From Vicugna vicugna (Eukaryota), in the NCBI GenBank assembly GCA_013265495.1, contig MU058451.1, positions 1,774,167 through 1,838,166 on the forward strand: 64,000 nucleotides of DNA. The letters run 5' to 3'. Position numbers and translations under genes: made by a program. Within the stretch, counting starts at the first letter, position 1. The number at the start of each line of letters is the position of its first letter. Below are positions 38,714-51,915 of this stretch, one piece after another. Under the pieces are notes generated by a model. That model made no database searches. It had not been told where the DNA came from and was given only the letters and a program-made list of their open reading frames with translations.

Positions 38714-39014
38714 TATCTGGACTTGTGTCTGTCTGAGACTTTTGTTTTTCTGAGAAATCTAACCATCTCATATGTGAATGTTCTAGAATAAGAAATACTA
38801 ATACATTATGATGAATATAAGTGATTCTGTACATATGGGTCTCCCTTTTTTATTGATACAAGACAGAAGACTGCAAATTTATGCAAATGTGTTTTTCAAA
38901 AGAATCTCAGTGAAATTACATCTCTTAACCCTTTCTGATCTGAATTTTTTATATGATCCAAATGATTTAAATCCAGCCTCTCAGTAATGACCTCTTGCAC
39001 ATACCAAGGAGCTT

Positions 39015-39028
39015 CTGCCACCTGCTGG
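39015..39028 (-). promoter_or_regulatory. Candidate CTCF binding site
   Basis: Minus strand CCAGCAGGTGGCAG matches the CTCF core CCASYAGRKGGCRS at all positions. Confidence 0.5.
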
Positions 39029-41579
39029 TGTACCTGGAAGACTTGGCAGAGATCCCCAACATGATCACATCACCCAGTCCACATCCCAGCTTCCAGATCC
39101 TTCTATTCTAAAACCTAGAAAGATGAAATGATCATCAGTTCAGCTAGTGACTCATTCTGGTTTTTCCCAGAGAGGGTTTTTTTTTTTTGTCTTGTTATAC
39201 CATAAGAACAACATTACTTGACTCAAATATTTTCCTTCACTTACTTTAGAGGTTTAAAAAAAATAGAAATAATCCAGTATCAACACCACAGTTTTAATAA
39301 AATTTAGACTAAAATCTTCAATTAAGTACAAAATCAAATAAAAACCTATTGAAATCTGTAGCTTAATCTAATCATCATTTGGTATTCACTTTACAGGGTT
39401 ATTTGAGACACTGGTTAAATGTTGGTGGCTGTGTTCACACATCAGATGAGTGTGCATTGTAAACCCAAACATATAAACAGGGACTGTTTCCCTCTTTGTT
39501 GTTATTTAATCTGCTACATTTGGCCTTTAGACAAATGATTTATAGTCAGGTTTGCCTTCTACAGCATTAACTTGTATTATCCATAATCTAGTCTGTCGTT
39601 TCTTTCTCTTTTTTTAATTTCTTTCTTTCCTATTTAATGAATATCCACAATATGCCAAGCCCTATGTGAAGTGTTATGAATAAATTGATAAGATCTCATT
39701 CTAATCTTTGTGGAATGATGTGCAAGGAAAAAAACATGCTTTAGAGTTTTCTAAGAGTTTTTTCTTGTTCTTCAAAATAGGAATAAAAATGTTTGCCTGG
39801 TTTCAACAGGATGTAAACATTTCTTAAATGCTTCATAAATGATTTCAGAAGGAGGAAAACCCACCACCTCTGTGTCTGGTCTTATGAATAATCTAGACAG
39901 TCTTCTCATTGTCATCCAAGAATATAGAGACCAGTGGGAGCATTTCTTGACCCTCCAGTATTAGGAGACATTCAGATACGTTACTCACATAACCTGCCAT
40001 CACACACATCAGCTGATATAATGTGACTGGAATCATGGTCTGCTGGAAAGTCTAAGAGTAAATTTTACTGTGATGACAAGTGATGAACAAACATCCTCCT
40101 ACACAGCCAAAGTGAAATGGGGATGAAAGTCATTTTCTCTTGTGTCAAATCTCCAAAAATGATTAATTTATTAATCAGACTACTTTAGGAAATTTTTAAA
40201 AAATACCTAGGAATCTAATGAAGAGGGACATGAATAATCCAGATGATTAAGTCCTACTGTGCAATTTTCTTTATAAGTTGGTCTACGGTGAATGCCAGGA
40301 AGACTCTGTAAGGATCTGATAAGAGAACCCTAATGTTTAATTGTTCTGTTCTGTATCAGAATGTTAACTTGCCTGTAATTTGCATGAGGCAGAATTTGAT
40401 CTGAAGGGGGTGCATCCTGGACCCCTGTCTATCGAAGTGCTCAGTGTGTCTTCCTTGGAGTCAGAGGAACCTATAGGAGAGTCCAGTGGCTCAGTTCTCA
40501 GACCCCGGGATCCCAGCACTTCTGTACCTGGGATCCATTCCAACTCTTCTTGAACCCATCGTGTGGGCTTGTGTGAAACACTGAATCTCCCTGAGCTAGA
40601 ATTTCCTGTCTATAAAACAAGGGGGGGTGGGCTCAACATCCTGATTGTACAAAAAATCCGAATAATGCAAGAAGAAGGAAACTGGAGGTTTGTAAATGTT
40701 ATTCTGGGTCTGTCCTCATTGGCTGGCTTGTTAAGACGATGCTGTCTCATTGCAGCATTTCTGTTGGGAAAGGTTCTCTTGCAGTCAGCCGGAGCTGATC
40801 GATGTTGAGGTTAACTTTCTCTGACTGTATTGATCGAGTGAAACAGTTATCCCCATAGCTGGAGGGAAAAAATAAATTCCTTCTACTGGCGTAGATCATA
40901 GAGATGCCCATCACAGTTCAGGGGCTTTTCTCATCATTTTCCCTCTGAAGTTGACATGGCTCTAGGAGAACACATGCTCACCTACAGCTCTGAGGAAGTG
41001 GGCACCGAGGAAGGGGTGGGGGAGAGAACGGAGGCATCATTTACTGAAATGGGGAGGGTGGAGACGGAAGAGGCAGGAAAGTGAAGGCTGTGATGTGCGG
41101 GTACTGGTTTGTTCTAATAGAGGACTTTAGGACCCAAGCCATCTGGACATGCTTCAGGGGACAATGAAAAACAAACAAAAAAAAGGTTTTATAAATGGAA
41201 GGAAGGCTGATAGGTTTTTAGGGGAAAGAGACGAGTCATGACCTTGTGATCGAGTGGCAAGGAAGGAGGCTTCCAGTGTTCAGGAAGCTTGGACCAGACG
41301 ACAAAGATTACCCACTCATTTGTAAAATGTCACAACGTGGGCACTCCGTTTCATGGTTGGTTTGGAAGGGGAAAAAAAAAAGGAAAATGGCTCTTGGTAA
41401 CGATGATCTCTTGTAAGGCTAGTGATATAGTTTAATATTTATTAATTAATAATTGATAACTAATATGGTTTCTTCTAGGGCTATCAGAATGAATTTACAC
41501 AACTTTTCCTGGTGTTTTAATGTTTCTACGCTAGAAGGGATGCACATTATCAGTTGGATACGTTTAAATCTGTTTTTCT

Positions 41580-41810
41580 AACGAATAATAGTAAATCTCA
41601 GAGCTAACATTTATCTTCCTGGCGGTATTCTAAATGCATTACCTGTAACTGATTCTCACAGTAGCCACTGGAGGAAGGTCTGTTACTCTCCGTTTTATAG
41701 ATGAGAAGTCACGGAGAAGTCAGGAACCCAAAGTCTCACCTAGGGAGGGTCACACTCAGGCTGGCCCCAGAGATGACACTCCCATTTGCATACTGTGTCC
41801 TCTCCAGCCA
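41580..41810 (-). mobile_element. MIR SINE
   Basis: attctcacagtagccactggaggaagg...ccgttttatagatgagaa. Confidence 0.6.
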
Positions 41811-42472
41811 CTGCTCCCTCGGTGCCCTCTTGCTCACCCCTTCTTTTCACAGATGGCCAGATGCTTCAGGGCTTTATTCATCACCACCTAAGCCTCTGTT
41901 CATTAGATAGAGTGGTTAAGCTGGTCAGGAGCTTATCCTATAAATCACTTAGTAGATACGGAACTGAAAACCGTGCCTCCTCGTTTTTCTATCCACTCCA
42001 CTTTAATATATAAATCAATCTGGTTTATTTGATGTTCTTGTTAGTAAAATATTTAAACATGATCTGTTTTCCAAATACATACTAATTTCCTAAATATCTT
42101 TATTCTGCCTTATGCAAACTTTGCTTTCTGTACCGATCTCCCATTCAGAGCATATGGAGCTGAATGGTCTGAGGGGAAACTTCTCGGATCATCTGTATGC
42201 TCAGAAAACCTCGGAGAACTGCCTAAAAGAAGGAAGCACCCATCCAGGGCGTTTTGCTTGACTGGGCTGCCACTCTGCCACGGCACTTCATCCCTCTGTG
42301 CTTGTGGAAGTGCTGTCTTCTGCAAATGCATTCACAATCTCCCTCCAAATGGTTTTATAAGCCGGAGATGGCTTTTCACAAATTATTTTTACTCAGGTGT
42401 TTTTTAACTAAAGAGGGAATTGAAAATCTACTGGTTACAGAATAAAGGTCTCAAAATTTAAACTTGTCCCAT

Positions 42473-43050
42473 ATGATCTTGTTCACTAGAGTCCCCAGGA
42501 CTCCCACCTCCTGATGTTCATGCCGTTGTGTCTCATTCTTCCCTGGAGTATGGGTGGGGCCTGTGACTTGCTTCTAACCAATAGAACCGGGGTGAAAGAA
42601 CTATGTGATAACATGTATGTGATTACGTAACATTGCAGCGCCTATCTTGTTGGAGTCTCTCTCTCTCTCTCCCCTTGCTGCTGACTTTGAAGAACTGAGC
42701 TGCCCGTGTTGGGAGCCCACATTTCAAGGGGCTGAGGGCAGCCTCCTGGAGCCAAGGGAGCTTCCAGCCAACAGCTGTAAATCACCGAAGCTCCCAGTAT
42801 CACAGCCATAAGGAACTGAATTCTGCCAACAAAATCAGATACTTTTCCCAGCCAAGTCTAAGATGAGACCTTAGCACTGGCTGACACCTTTATTGTAGCC
42901 TTGTGAGATCCTAGCAGAGGACCTGGTCGGGCTGTATCAGGACTCCTGACCCACAGAAACTGGGAGATTTCTAACAAACAGCTAAGTGTTTGTTGTTTTG
43001 AGTCACTAAGCTTGTAGTAATTTCTTACATAGAAATAGGGAGCTAACACA
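42473..43050 (+). mobile_element. MaLR solo LTR (MLT1E-like)
   Basis: gggcctgtgacttgcttctaaccaatagaa, aaggaactgaattctgccaacaa, ctcctgacccacagaaactg; ends agaaatagggagctaacaca. Confidence 0.85.
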
Positions 43051-44019
43051 AGCACCTACAGTGTTCTAGACACGGTCTTAGATGTTGGCAATGGAGCAGT
43101 GGGCAAAACAGTCTTCCCCGAGGAGCTTGGGTTCAAATAAATCCAGAACGCACACACGTATATATATTAGAAGCTTTAATTCATCTAAATTATAGTTTCA
43201 AAATAAAAAGCTTGATAGTCTCAGCTAAATAAGAAAGAAAATCCAAATTTGCTTAAAATCCTCATTCCAACATGGTAGACATTTTACATTTGAAGGTTTT
43301 GTTTTTGGTTCAGAGGAGAAAAAAAGATTATTCTGAACAAATGCTAGCATTGAATTACCAGGTCATGCTCTTCAAGGAAAGACCATAAGCTGGGCTTTGT
43401 CAGCTGTGGAGAGACGAGTTCTCTGCAGCTGCAGCGTCAGAATCAGAGATGGGCAGTGCCTGATAATTTGGTCACACAGCACATGTACCCACTTCAAAAG
43501 CAATATACTTAAAGGCTAAATACAAAACTGCCAAAAGTCATCAAAGTAAAAAAGCAATTTCAAAATTAGCCAAACGATTCTATTTTGATTGAAAGACGAC
43601 TGTCTAAAGGAAAACCTGGAATCATTCTGCATCTTCAGAAGACTGAAGTCACATTTATTAACCTGCACAAATGTTAGTTCTGGTGTCTGGGCTGAAGCGC
43701 TAAGGAGGGCAGGGTCTTGGCTTGAATCTCTATACAAGCACCCTGGCTTTATATTGCAGTCCCATCCTGCCGGGCACACAGTGGGTCATGTGTCTGGTGG
43801 TTCTGTGCTACTAGTCTCTTGGGAACCAGGAGCCTGTGCTTTATTTAGCAGACCACAAAGCTAATGCCACATTCTATGGAACAGACTTAAGAACCTTTTA
43901 AAATTAATAAGTAACCCATCATATTCAGAACATCCATGGGCAGCTTATACATGTACTGCACTGCATTAAATGGCTAACATTTGTATTGTGTGTGCAGACG
44001 GTGTCTGAATTCTTGTTCT

Positions 44020-44262
44020 TAGCAACACATATTGAGCATCAGCTCTGTCTGGACATTGTACTGAGTATTTTGAAATGTATTTCATTTTGTTTTCTTAAAA
44101 GGATCATTATCCCCATTGTATGGATGAAGAAACTGAACCTCAGAGAACCCAAGGGACATACCCAAATTCCAACAAAGGAGACGTAGTGGGGTGGGATCAA
44201 GATTCTAATCCAGGCAGTCTGATTGCAGAGCTGTGCCCTCAACCACCATGTGTGCTGCCTCC
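44020..44262 (-). mobile_element. MIR SINE
   Basis: tattgagcatcagctctgtctggacattgtact...ccccattgtatggatgaagaaactga...ccaggcagtctga. Confidence 0.75.
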
Positions 44263-44938
44263 CATTAACCTGATAATCACGAGGCCAGAAATCATGTTCT
44301 TTTGTTTGTTCCTTAGAACAACCTTGTGAAAGACACCTGGGGATGATAGGATGAGCATTGAGTGACTCTCTCAAACAACCAATTTGAGGAGGAACTGAGA
44401 TGGAGACACGCCTCTGATGGCACAGTCACACCTTACACAGCCGGGATGAACAGGGGCACTGAGGACTATGGTCCTAAGTAGATGACCAGTGTATGCTATT
44501 TGGGAAGTATTTAAAAGACCACTTTACTTCCTGTAGCCCCACCATGAGTTTAATAATGCCTCATATCCAAAATTACATGCTAAAATCCTTTACCTGGAAG
44601 CTTTGATCTCCTTGAAATTTTTCCTAGTCCTTTAACCTTATCAGTCATGTATACTTTAGTAAGAATAAGTTTATCTCACTCTTCCATGAAAGCAGAGTTT
44701 TATACAAAAGAGAATACAAAAATATAAGGCTCCCAGGTGCTAAATCTAGAAAAAGTCACCAAAGAATGAAGAAAAGGGGCAGGAGGGATGGAGCCTAGTG
44801 ACAAACAGATATGAAAAACACTTTCCAGAGCTTTTAAATTTGGAGTTTTCTGTGCATATAGTTACACTTTCTATCACAGTAGAAAGTTGTAGAGTAGAAA
44901 CAGTGGAAAGTACCTGTATAGATTCGAAAAGCGAGGTA

Positions 44939-45511
44939 GAGTCAGTTCTGCTATACGCATATTTTGAAAACACAGTTGATACATTAGAGAACAGTTTGAG
45001 CATAACAGGCATTTCTTGTTTTCTTATGCATGTTTTTGTCATGATGAACACTAGATGAATAAGGAAAAGTGCACTCAGCTACAATGAGCTGTGCAGAAAT
45101 GCACCAATCACACATGTGTACGCACCTCAGGCATCTGCCAGCTGCCTCAGTTCCCTGCGGGTTATGAGCCACATCCATCCACATCTGGGGTTCCCCCTTT
45201 CCCCGGTTTCAGGTAACCCTCCTCCCAACACTTCACCATAACTCACAAGCTGCCATCCTTCCAAAGCTCGCTTTCACAAGCAAACTCCAGGCCATTTCAG
45301 GATAAAGTGTTCTATATGTTGTAGTATTTAGGTATTCCGGAACCATTTAACATGTGTAAAACTTTGCTACCATTTTTATCAGGTGATTTTTTTTTTCAAT
45401 GTTTCACTGCTGAAACTTTGGGCATCCATTTTTCTCATGTGCCCCGTGCTCTTTATTGCGCGATTTTACACAGCGCGGTGATTTTTAGAAACGTTAGAGC
45501 AGAACTGATCG
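44939..45511. mobile_element. TcMar-Tigger-like non-autonomous DNA transposon (subfamily unassigned)
   Basis: Terminal inverted repeats ta|gagtcagttctgctata ... tagagcagaactgatcg|tc around ~570 bp; TA target site on the left. Confidence 0.65.
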
Positions 45512-46239
45512 TCCTGTCCTGTATCATGTGGATCGTGTTTGTGCAGGAGGCCAACATTATTTGAAGCACTTCTTGTCACAGCAGTTTAGCAGGTTGGCAG
45601 GTTTCTCCAGGAAAGAAGCGCTAACCAGGCATCAAAACAATACTTCTTAGGAGAGTGCCCGGAGGACAGCTCCCACAGGACTAGGTGCATTGATCGTCTA
45701 GGTTGATATGTCAAAAGAACTCATGCTAATGACAATGTGTCTCTCTCCAGTGCCTCGGGGCGCAGCTTTCAGATAGTGAAATTCTCACCTCTGCTTCCAC
45801 CTTTTTATTCTCAGATTTAGCTGAGATCGGGAGTTGGTGGGTTTCCCTTGGGGTCAACATTTGGGAATAGTCCTAACCCTGCTCCCTGCTGGTGAATAAC
45901 ATCCACATGAAAACCCCACCGTGAGGTTAAGACCTTGGCTGGTGAGCCTGCTGACTCCCTCCTCTTACCTTTGTAAAGCATCCTCTGAGTCTCCCTTCCT
46001 TTGCTTCAAAGCTTCGGAAGTAGATCTGTGCTTTTGGAGCTCTGTGCAGCTCCAGAATTCATTAGAGCTGCATGTGTGAGAGACTTACCTTTTAGGCACT
46101 AAATCAATGGTAATGTAACAGGAGAGTCAAAACCATCGTCAAGAAGTAAGCGGAAGGCAGTGACACCAAGGACAAAAAAGGACGACATTTGGAAGCCTTA
46201 GTGCCATCCAGTGGTTCTGAAGTAGGGTAAAGCCAGATA

Positions 46240-46833
46240 CGGTAAATCTCAGTAGTTTAAATTCAGGACTTCTGAAAAATAAATTGCAACTTGTACTCAA
46301 ATGCCAAAGAGAAAATTCAGGTGTTAACCATGGGAAGAATCCCATTGACAGGAGGAGGAGACTCCTGGTGTTTGGTAACTCCTTATTTAGGGGCACTGAT
46401 GTCACTTGAAGTTAATCCAAGCTCTACCTTAGTCTTTCGTAGGCAGGCTCTCTCCTTAACAGGCTTCCGCAAACTCCAGGCTTACAGTCTATCCTCTCAG
46501 CAATCCCAGTGGAAAACAAATGTATCTTTCCCAGAATTTCCAGAGTAATAACAACAATAATAATAGCGACTCCACATGGAGCCTTCCTGGTCGGGTGTGA
46601 ACTGCATGCCAAACCCTGAGCGAGGCATGAAGCTGGTGTGACAAGAGAAATGTGATGCTCTGATGGGCCAGCCCTGACTCATGCTCAGTTTGGAGCCAGG
46701 AAAGGAATAAATTTCAAATTGCATCACAGGAATTGAGAGTAGAAGATAAGCAGTTCCTCAGAGGAAATCACAGCGCTGTCCCCAGAAGGGGGACGGGTTC
46801 TGGACACGCAAGAAGAGCAGGTGGCCGCTCTCA
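46240..46833 (-). mobile_element. Old MaLR LTR (MLT1K-like), with a short MIR-like insert at ~46546-46640
   Basis: aggcaggctctctcc, ctccaggcttaca...tcagcaatcccagtggaaa, gctctgatgggccagcc, gttcctcagaggaaatc. Confidence 0.45.
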
Positions 46834-47057
46834 GGGCCTCCTAAGCCAGCCTCTTGCTAGGACTGGGGCTGTATAGGTGACCAAGAGACAGAGCCTCTGG
46901 CCCCCTCAGTTTACAGTAGTTTGGGGACATTCGTTGAATAAATACACAATTGAGGAAAGTGAAACTTAGAGAGGTGAAGTCACTTTCTCGATGCCACACA
47001 GCAAGTTAGAGGCAGCACAGTGTCTAGAAACTCTGGAATCATCTCCAATATCAAGGG

Positions 47058-47274
47058 GCCACATAGCATTCTTTCTGTGTGCATGTCTGTGTTCAACTTT
47101 CCTTCTTTTTATAAGGACACCCATCATAGTAAATGAGGACCCACCCTAATGGCTTCATTTCAACTCAGGTATTACCTGTAAAGACCCTGTTTCCAAATAA
47201 GGTCGCAGTCTGAGGCACAGGGGGTTAGGGCTTCAACATATCTTTCTGAGGTGGACATAATTCAACTCGTAACA
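47058..47274 (-). mobile_element. MLT1B/C-like LTR fragment
   Basis: tttataaggacacc...cccaccctaatg...taaagaccctgtttccaaataaggtc...gggttagggcttcaacatatc...ataattcaactcgtaaca. Confidence 0.8.
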
Positions 47275-47506
47275 GCACTGTAATTAAATTGTTCAGTTGT
47301 CAGACATTAGTATCAATACGCGAACAAATGTCCTTTGCCACATTAGAGTTCTAACAAATGAACATTTCATTCCTTTTAGAAAGCAGATATTCTTAGGGAG
47401 TTGCTTTCCATATTATTCAGAATGGCCCGTGGGAGTTGTCAATCGGTCCTGGTCCTCAGCTGTATGCCGGTACTTACTTTGGGCAAGTACAACCTTAATT
47501 TTAGAG

Positions 47507-47818
47507 CCGAGTCAGTCAACCCACTGCCTTGTTCTATATGGCCTCCAAGCCAAGAATGGTTTTCACATGTTTAAAGCATTGAAAAAAAAAATCAAAAGGA
47601 AAGGAATATTTCATGACATGTGAAAATTACATGAAATTCAAATTTCAGTTCCAATAAAGTTTTATGGGTGCATGGCTCCACTCACTCATTTGCATATCAT
47701 CTCTAGCTGCTTTCACACTCTACCAGCAGAGTTGAGGGGTTGGAAAAGAGACCGTTTGGTCCACAAAGCTTAAAATACTTACCATGTGCCATTTACAGGG
47801 AATGTTTGCTGACCCCTG
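47507..47818. mobile_element. MER58B DNA transposon
   Basis: aagaatggttttcacatgtttaaa...gacatgtgaaaattacatgaaattcaaatttcagt...gtttgctgacccctg. Confidence 0.85.
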
Positions 47819-48234
47819 CTTTAGGATGCTAATTCTGTGAACCATACGTCATTCACAGTCCATTGCTGCCACTCCCAGATGACACAGCCCAGCCGCCGAG
47901 GCAGCTAATAAGTATGATGTTGCCAACCTCATGTTGTGAGGGATGTTTTTGTTCATCAGTGATAACATCATGATTTGGCCTAATCCGTTGCTATGGGAAG
48001 ATTCATACAGTTAATCAGTAAGCATTTAATTAGAAAGCTGAATCAATGCTGTTAATAGGCATGCTTAATATTCCATTGACAGAATTAACTGCTAGAGATC
48101 AAAGGTGTGTTCATCACCACCCCCAGGCTCCCCCAACTATGGCAGTATTTTGTTGAACATAACCTCTGCGTGTAGTTTACACCTTGAAATAATTCAGATG
48201 AGTTAAATTCAGTGGGTTTGTATTTAACCCCTTC

Positions 48235-48824
48235 TGTATTGGTTTTCTGTTGCTGCTAAAATAAATTACCATAAACTTGACTTAAAACAATGCAAATTTT
48301 ATTATCTCAGAGATCTGTGGGTCAGAAGTCCAGGGGGTCGAGTGATTTCTCTGTTTCAGGTTTCACAAGCCTGAGACCAAGATGTCAGCAGAGCTGCATT
48401 CCTTTCTGGAGATTCTGGGAAAGAATCTGCTTTCCCTGCTCCTCCAGATTGTTGGCAGAAGTCGGTTCCTTGTGGCTATAGGGCTGGGGTCCCTGCTTCC
48501 TTGCAGGCTGTCCCAGGAAGCTGCCTGCATCCCTCATCTTTATGCCCACCTCCATCGTCAGACCAGCGATGGCACCTCAACTCCTTCTCATGCTTCAAGT
48601 CTCTCTGTCTTCTCCTTCTGCCTCATCACTCCTGCCTGTAGCCAGAGAACATTCACTTTTAAGGGCTTACGTGATGAGATTGATTCCTTCAGGCAGTTAA
48701 GGAAGATCTCCCTAAAGTTTGTAACATTATTTCATCTGAAAAGTCTCTTTGCCATGTAATTTAAGAGATTCAGGTTGCAAGAATTAGAGTGAGGACATCG
48801 TTGGGGAGCCATTTTGCCAGTACA
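48235..48824 (-). mobile_element. MaLR solo LTR (MLT1E-like) with 5-bp TSD
   Basis: tgtattggttttctgttgctgc...tctgtgggtcagaagtcc...ttgttggcagaagtcggttccttgtgg...ttttgccagtaca; TSD ccttc/tcttc. Confidence 0.9.
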
Positions 48825-49569
48825 TCTTCTGCGGATTCTGTCTTTCCAACCTGAGCATTCTGCTCCTCTGTGTTCCCCTTCAAGACAATGCAGGATCATC
48901 ACATGGCCCTGGTGACTGTGTTCTCTTTTTCAGTTTGGGAGCCCCTTTTGCTGGGTCATTTCTTTGAACTGTAAAGTTGGCATTTAATCTGGGCGTCACC
49001 ATGTTATTCCCATGCAACACAGTTAAACAGTCTAAGCCAAAATCGCTCAGAATATGTACACTTAGTCATTTCATGGATAAAATATACATTAACAGCACTA
49101 TGAACATGGCACCTAGGCTTGTGCAGTGCACAACACACTCAGCCTGACACTGCCATCTTAACAAAAGTTCTGTCTATATTCTGGTCACCCACCCTCTCTC
49201 TCTCCTAAAGTCAAAAGCAGGGGAGTGAGATTGAAAAACATGGGCGCTCTCTGAAGTTTGGAATATATCCATTTATTCCTGACTTTTCAAATTATGGGCA
49301 AATTATCACCTTACTGGGTCCTCTATTCCTGGTTACCCATCTGAATCTTGTTGAAGTCCAGGTTTGGAAGAGTTCTTGGACTTAATCCAAGTGTGAGAAA
49401 ACTTGAATTATTCTGGAAGTTCAGGCTCCATTATAAATGCATTTAGAAAATGCTGAATAACTAACTGAAGGAGATCCCCGCACGATGTGGGGGATGTGGT
49501 AATGGGGAACTTACCTTTCTGTTCACTGACTATAACCGCAGTACAGAGGCACTCAGAGAGAGTATAGGC

Positions 49570-49733
49570 CAGGGCTGCTTAAACTCTAGCATGGTCGTCA
49601 GTCACTGGGGAACTTGTGAAATGCAGGTTCTAATGATATGAGTCTGGACTGGGACGTAAGACTCCACATTTCTAACCACCTCCCAGGTGATGTAACCCCT
49701 GCAAGTCCATAGACCACATTTGTCATGGCAGGA
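49570..49733. mobile_element. MER5A/B-like DNA transposon
   Basis: cagggctgcttaaact...aacttgtgaaatgcaggttct...catttctaaccacctcccaggtgatg...agaccacatttg. Confidence 0.7.
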
Positions 49734-51029
49734 GTTTAGATGATGAGCATAATGGGTGAATTTCCTTCCGAAGGATTATTTTCTTTCCCATCCTAATTTG
49801 TGATTTCTAGGTTAAATAAATTCATGTTACTGGGACAGTCAAAGAATTCAGTTCCACTTTTCTTTCTCGGCATTGGGGTTTCAGTGTAATTTTAATGACA
49901 CTGTATTCCCTCAGCGGGGAAAAACAACTATGGAGAACGCCATTCATTCTAATCAACTCTAATCTAATTAAAGAGAGTAATAAGTGTATAAAAGAATACA
50001 TCAAGTTAAAATTTGGATCCAAATAGGGTCCTGATGACTGGGTTAGCATGAGGAAGATCATTTTTTTCAAAATGTTTCAGGTACAATTGGAGAATAGACA
50101 GTGCGGTCTAATGGTTTGTGTTGATGGGGAGACATTTGAGGTTGGACTAAAATAGTCCCTTCTCTCCCTCCTCGACATCTCTTTTCAGCCTCCTAGAGTT
50201 CTTTGGGAAGCCCAGAAACATCTAGCTTTTGTTGTGTGTGTTGTGTTGGTCCAGGCAGTATGAGTCTGAAATCTTAGCATTTGTGTTAAGTGGCCCCGGG
50301 TCCGGTCTGGATGGATAGCACAGGCTCCACACTCAAGCCTTTTGCGGGAGAAGCCTAACCCTTTCAGAGTGCTTTGTCATACCTGAAGCTCGGTGTGAGG
50401 CTGGGCATCCCCGGGGAGGTGCCTGCTTGTCTGTGTTTGCTGGCAAAGCTGGACTCCGATAGGCTTCTTCTCCCCATTCAATCCTGACTGAAGGTAGGTG
50501 GGGGCAGATATCACATCCCTCACCTTCCGTGGTCAACGAATTTGAAAGCGTTTCTAAAGCAATATAGCTCAACTTAGGAGAGATTCTGAATCATCAAGAT
50601 TAGGTTTGGTTACCATCAAAGTGAAGGAATTATCTTCCCGGTGACTTTGTAGCCTGTCACTCAGCTCAGTGTGCCTGATTGACAGCAGAGGCCCCTGAGG
50701 CATTCGGTGGGGTCCTCCTGGGGAACTTGGAGCCCAGGCTTGAACGAAGAGCATCTCTCTCTGCAGCCAAGATCTCACCAGGGATAGTGGGAAAGGCTCC
50801 CGGTCTTCAGTTTTATTTCCTCACCTCTAGTGCTACCGGGTTTGCATCTGGCTACTTTTGTAAGATGGAGGTACACTGCAAAGGCTGGTACCCACCCTAT
50901 GCAGAAAAGGGCTAAAACCTCATTTGGGGTATGAAAGATAAAGGCGAAAAGACAAGAGTCTGTGTGAACAAAGCATTCAGAGTAGACCAATTCCCACCTG
51001 CCTGCCTTCGACCAAAAGTGTTTTATAAT

Positions 51030-51270
51030 CTGGGTCTTCTCTGTGGCATCTGTTTCCTCAGAGAGAAATGGTCTGATTCCTGGCACCCTTCTGCCTACTG
51101 GTTGTGTCACTTTGGGCAAGCTCCATAATTTTCTAGTTGCCCCAGTTTTCTCATCTATGAAATGGGACTAGTAGAAATCCATAGGGGCTTGTGAGGATTA
51201 TAAGCTTACACATCTGACTGATTAGGACAGTGCCTGGCACATCCACGAGCTCGGTGAAAACTAGCTCTTT
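51030..51270 (+). mobile_element. MIR SINE
   Basis: tgtgtcactttgggcaag, cagttttctcatctatgaaatggg, acagtgcctggcaca. Confidence 0.75.
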
Positions 51271-51669
51271 CTGTTGAGTTTTCTGATGTTCAGAGAACCT
51301 GAGGCAACAGCAGTGAGATCAGAAGACATGGGTTCAGTCTGACTCTGGGCACCAATTTGGGCCTGTCATGCGGGGTCTCTGCAGCTCTGTCTCTGTAAAA
51401 CAGGGAACATGGTACCTGTCTCTTCTGGTTCAAGTTAAGGTGAAAGGACAATTTATATGAAGATGAGGTTGTCACTCGAGGAGGTTGAAGTCCAGCTCAT
51501 GACAGCAAGTATGTACCTACTAAAAGGTATTAAGTTAACCGAGAGCAAGCAAACAAGCTGCTTCTCTAAATTAGACATCTACTTGCAGACACATACCCAT
51601 TGTGAGCAGTGGAAGTGATGTGTTTTCCTCTAGTTTGTTCTAATCCTTTTATTTTGATTAAATGAGATT

Positions 51670-51915
51670 ATAATCATGACAACGACATTTACTGAATGCT
51701 TTATATCCTTCATCTCGTCAGTCCTTCCCACAACCAGGCAAAATCATGGTAGCAAATATTACGATCCCTGTTAAACTGTATATTAGAAATCTGCAGCTCA
51801 GAGAGGTTAAGCAACTTGCCGAAGGTCACATAGCCACTGAGGGGCAGAGGCAAGGCTGTAACCTAGTTCTCTCTGACGCCAAAGATGGCACGCTTTACAA
51901 CTACGATGTTCTCCC
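51670..51915 (-). mobile_element. MIR SINE
   Basis: catttactgaatgct...gctcagagaggttaagcaacttgccgaaggtcacatagc. Confidence 0.75.

Noticed and set aside
44746..45184. Overlapping ORFs of 66-101 aa
   Set aside because: Straddle the Tigger-like element boundary; no transposase-like motifs visible
48290..48759. 63-aa and 125-aa ORFs
   Set aside because: Entirely within an MLT1E-like LTR read antisense; chance ORFs
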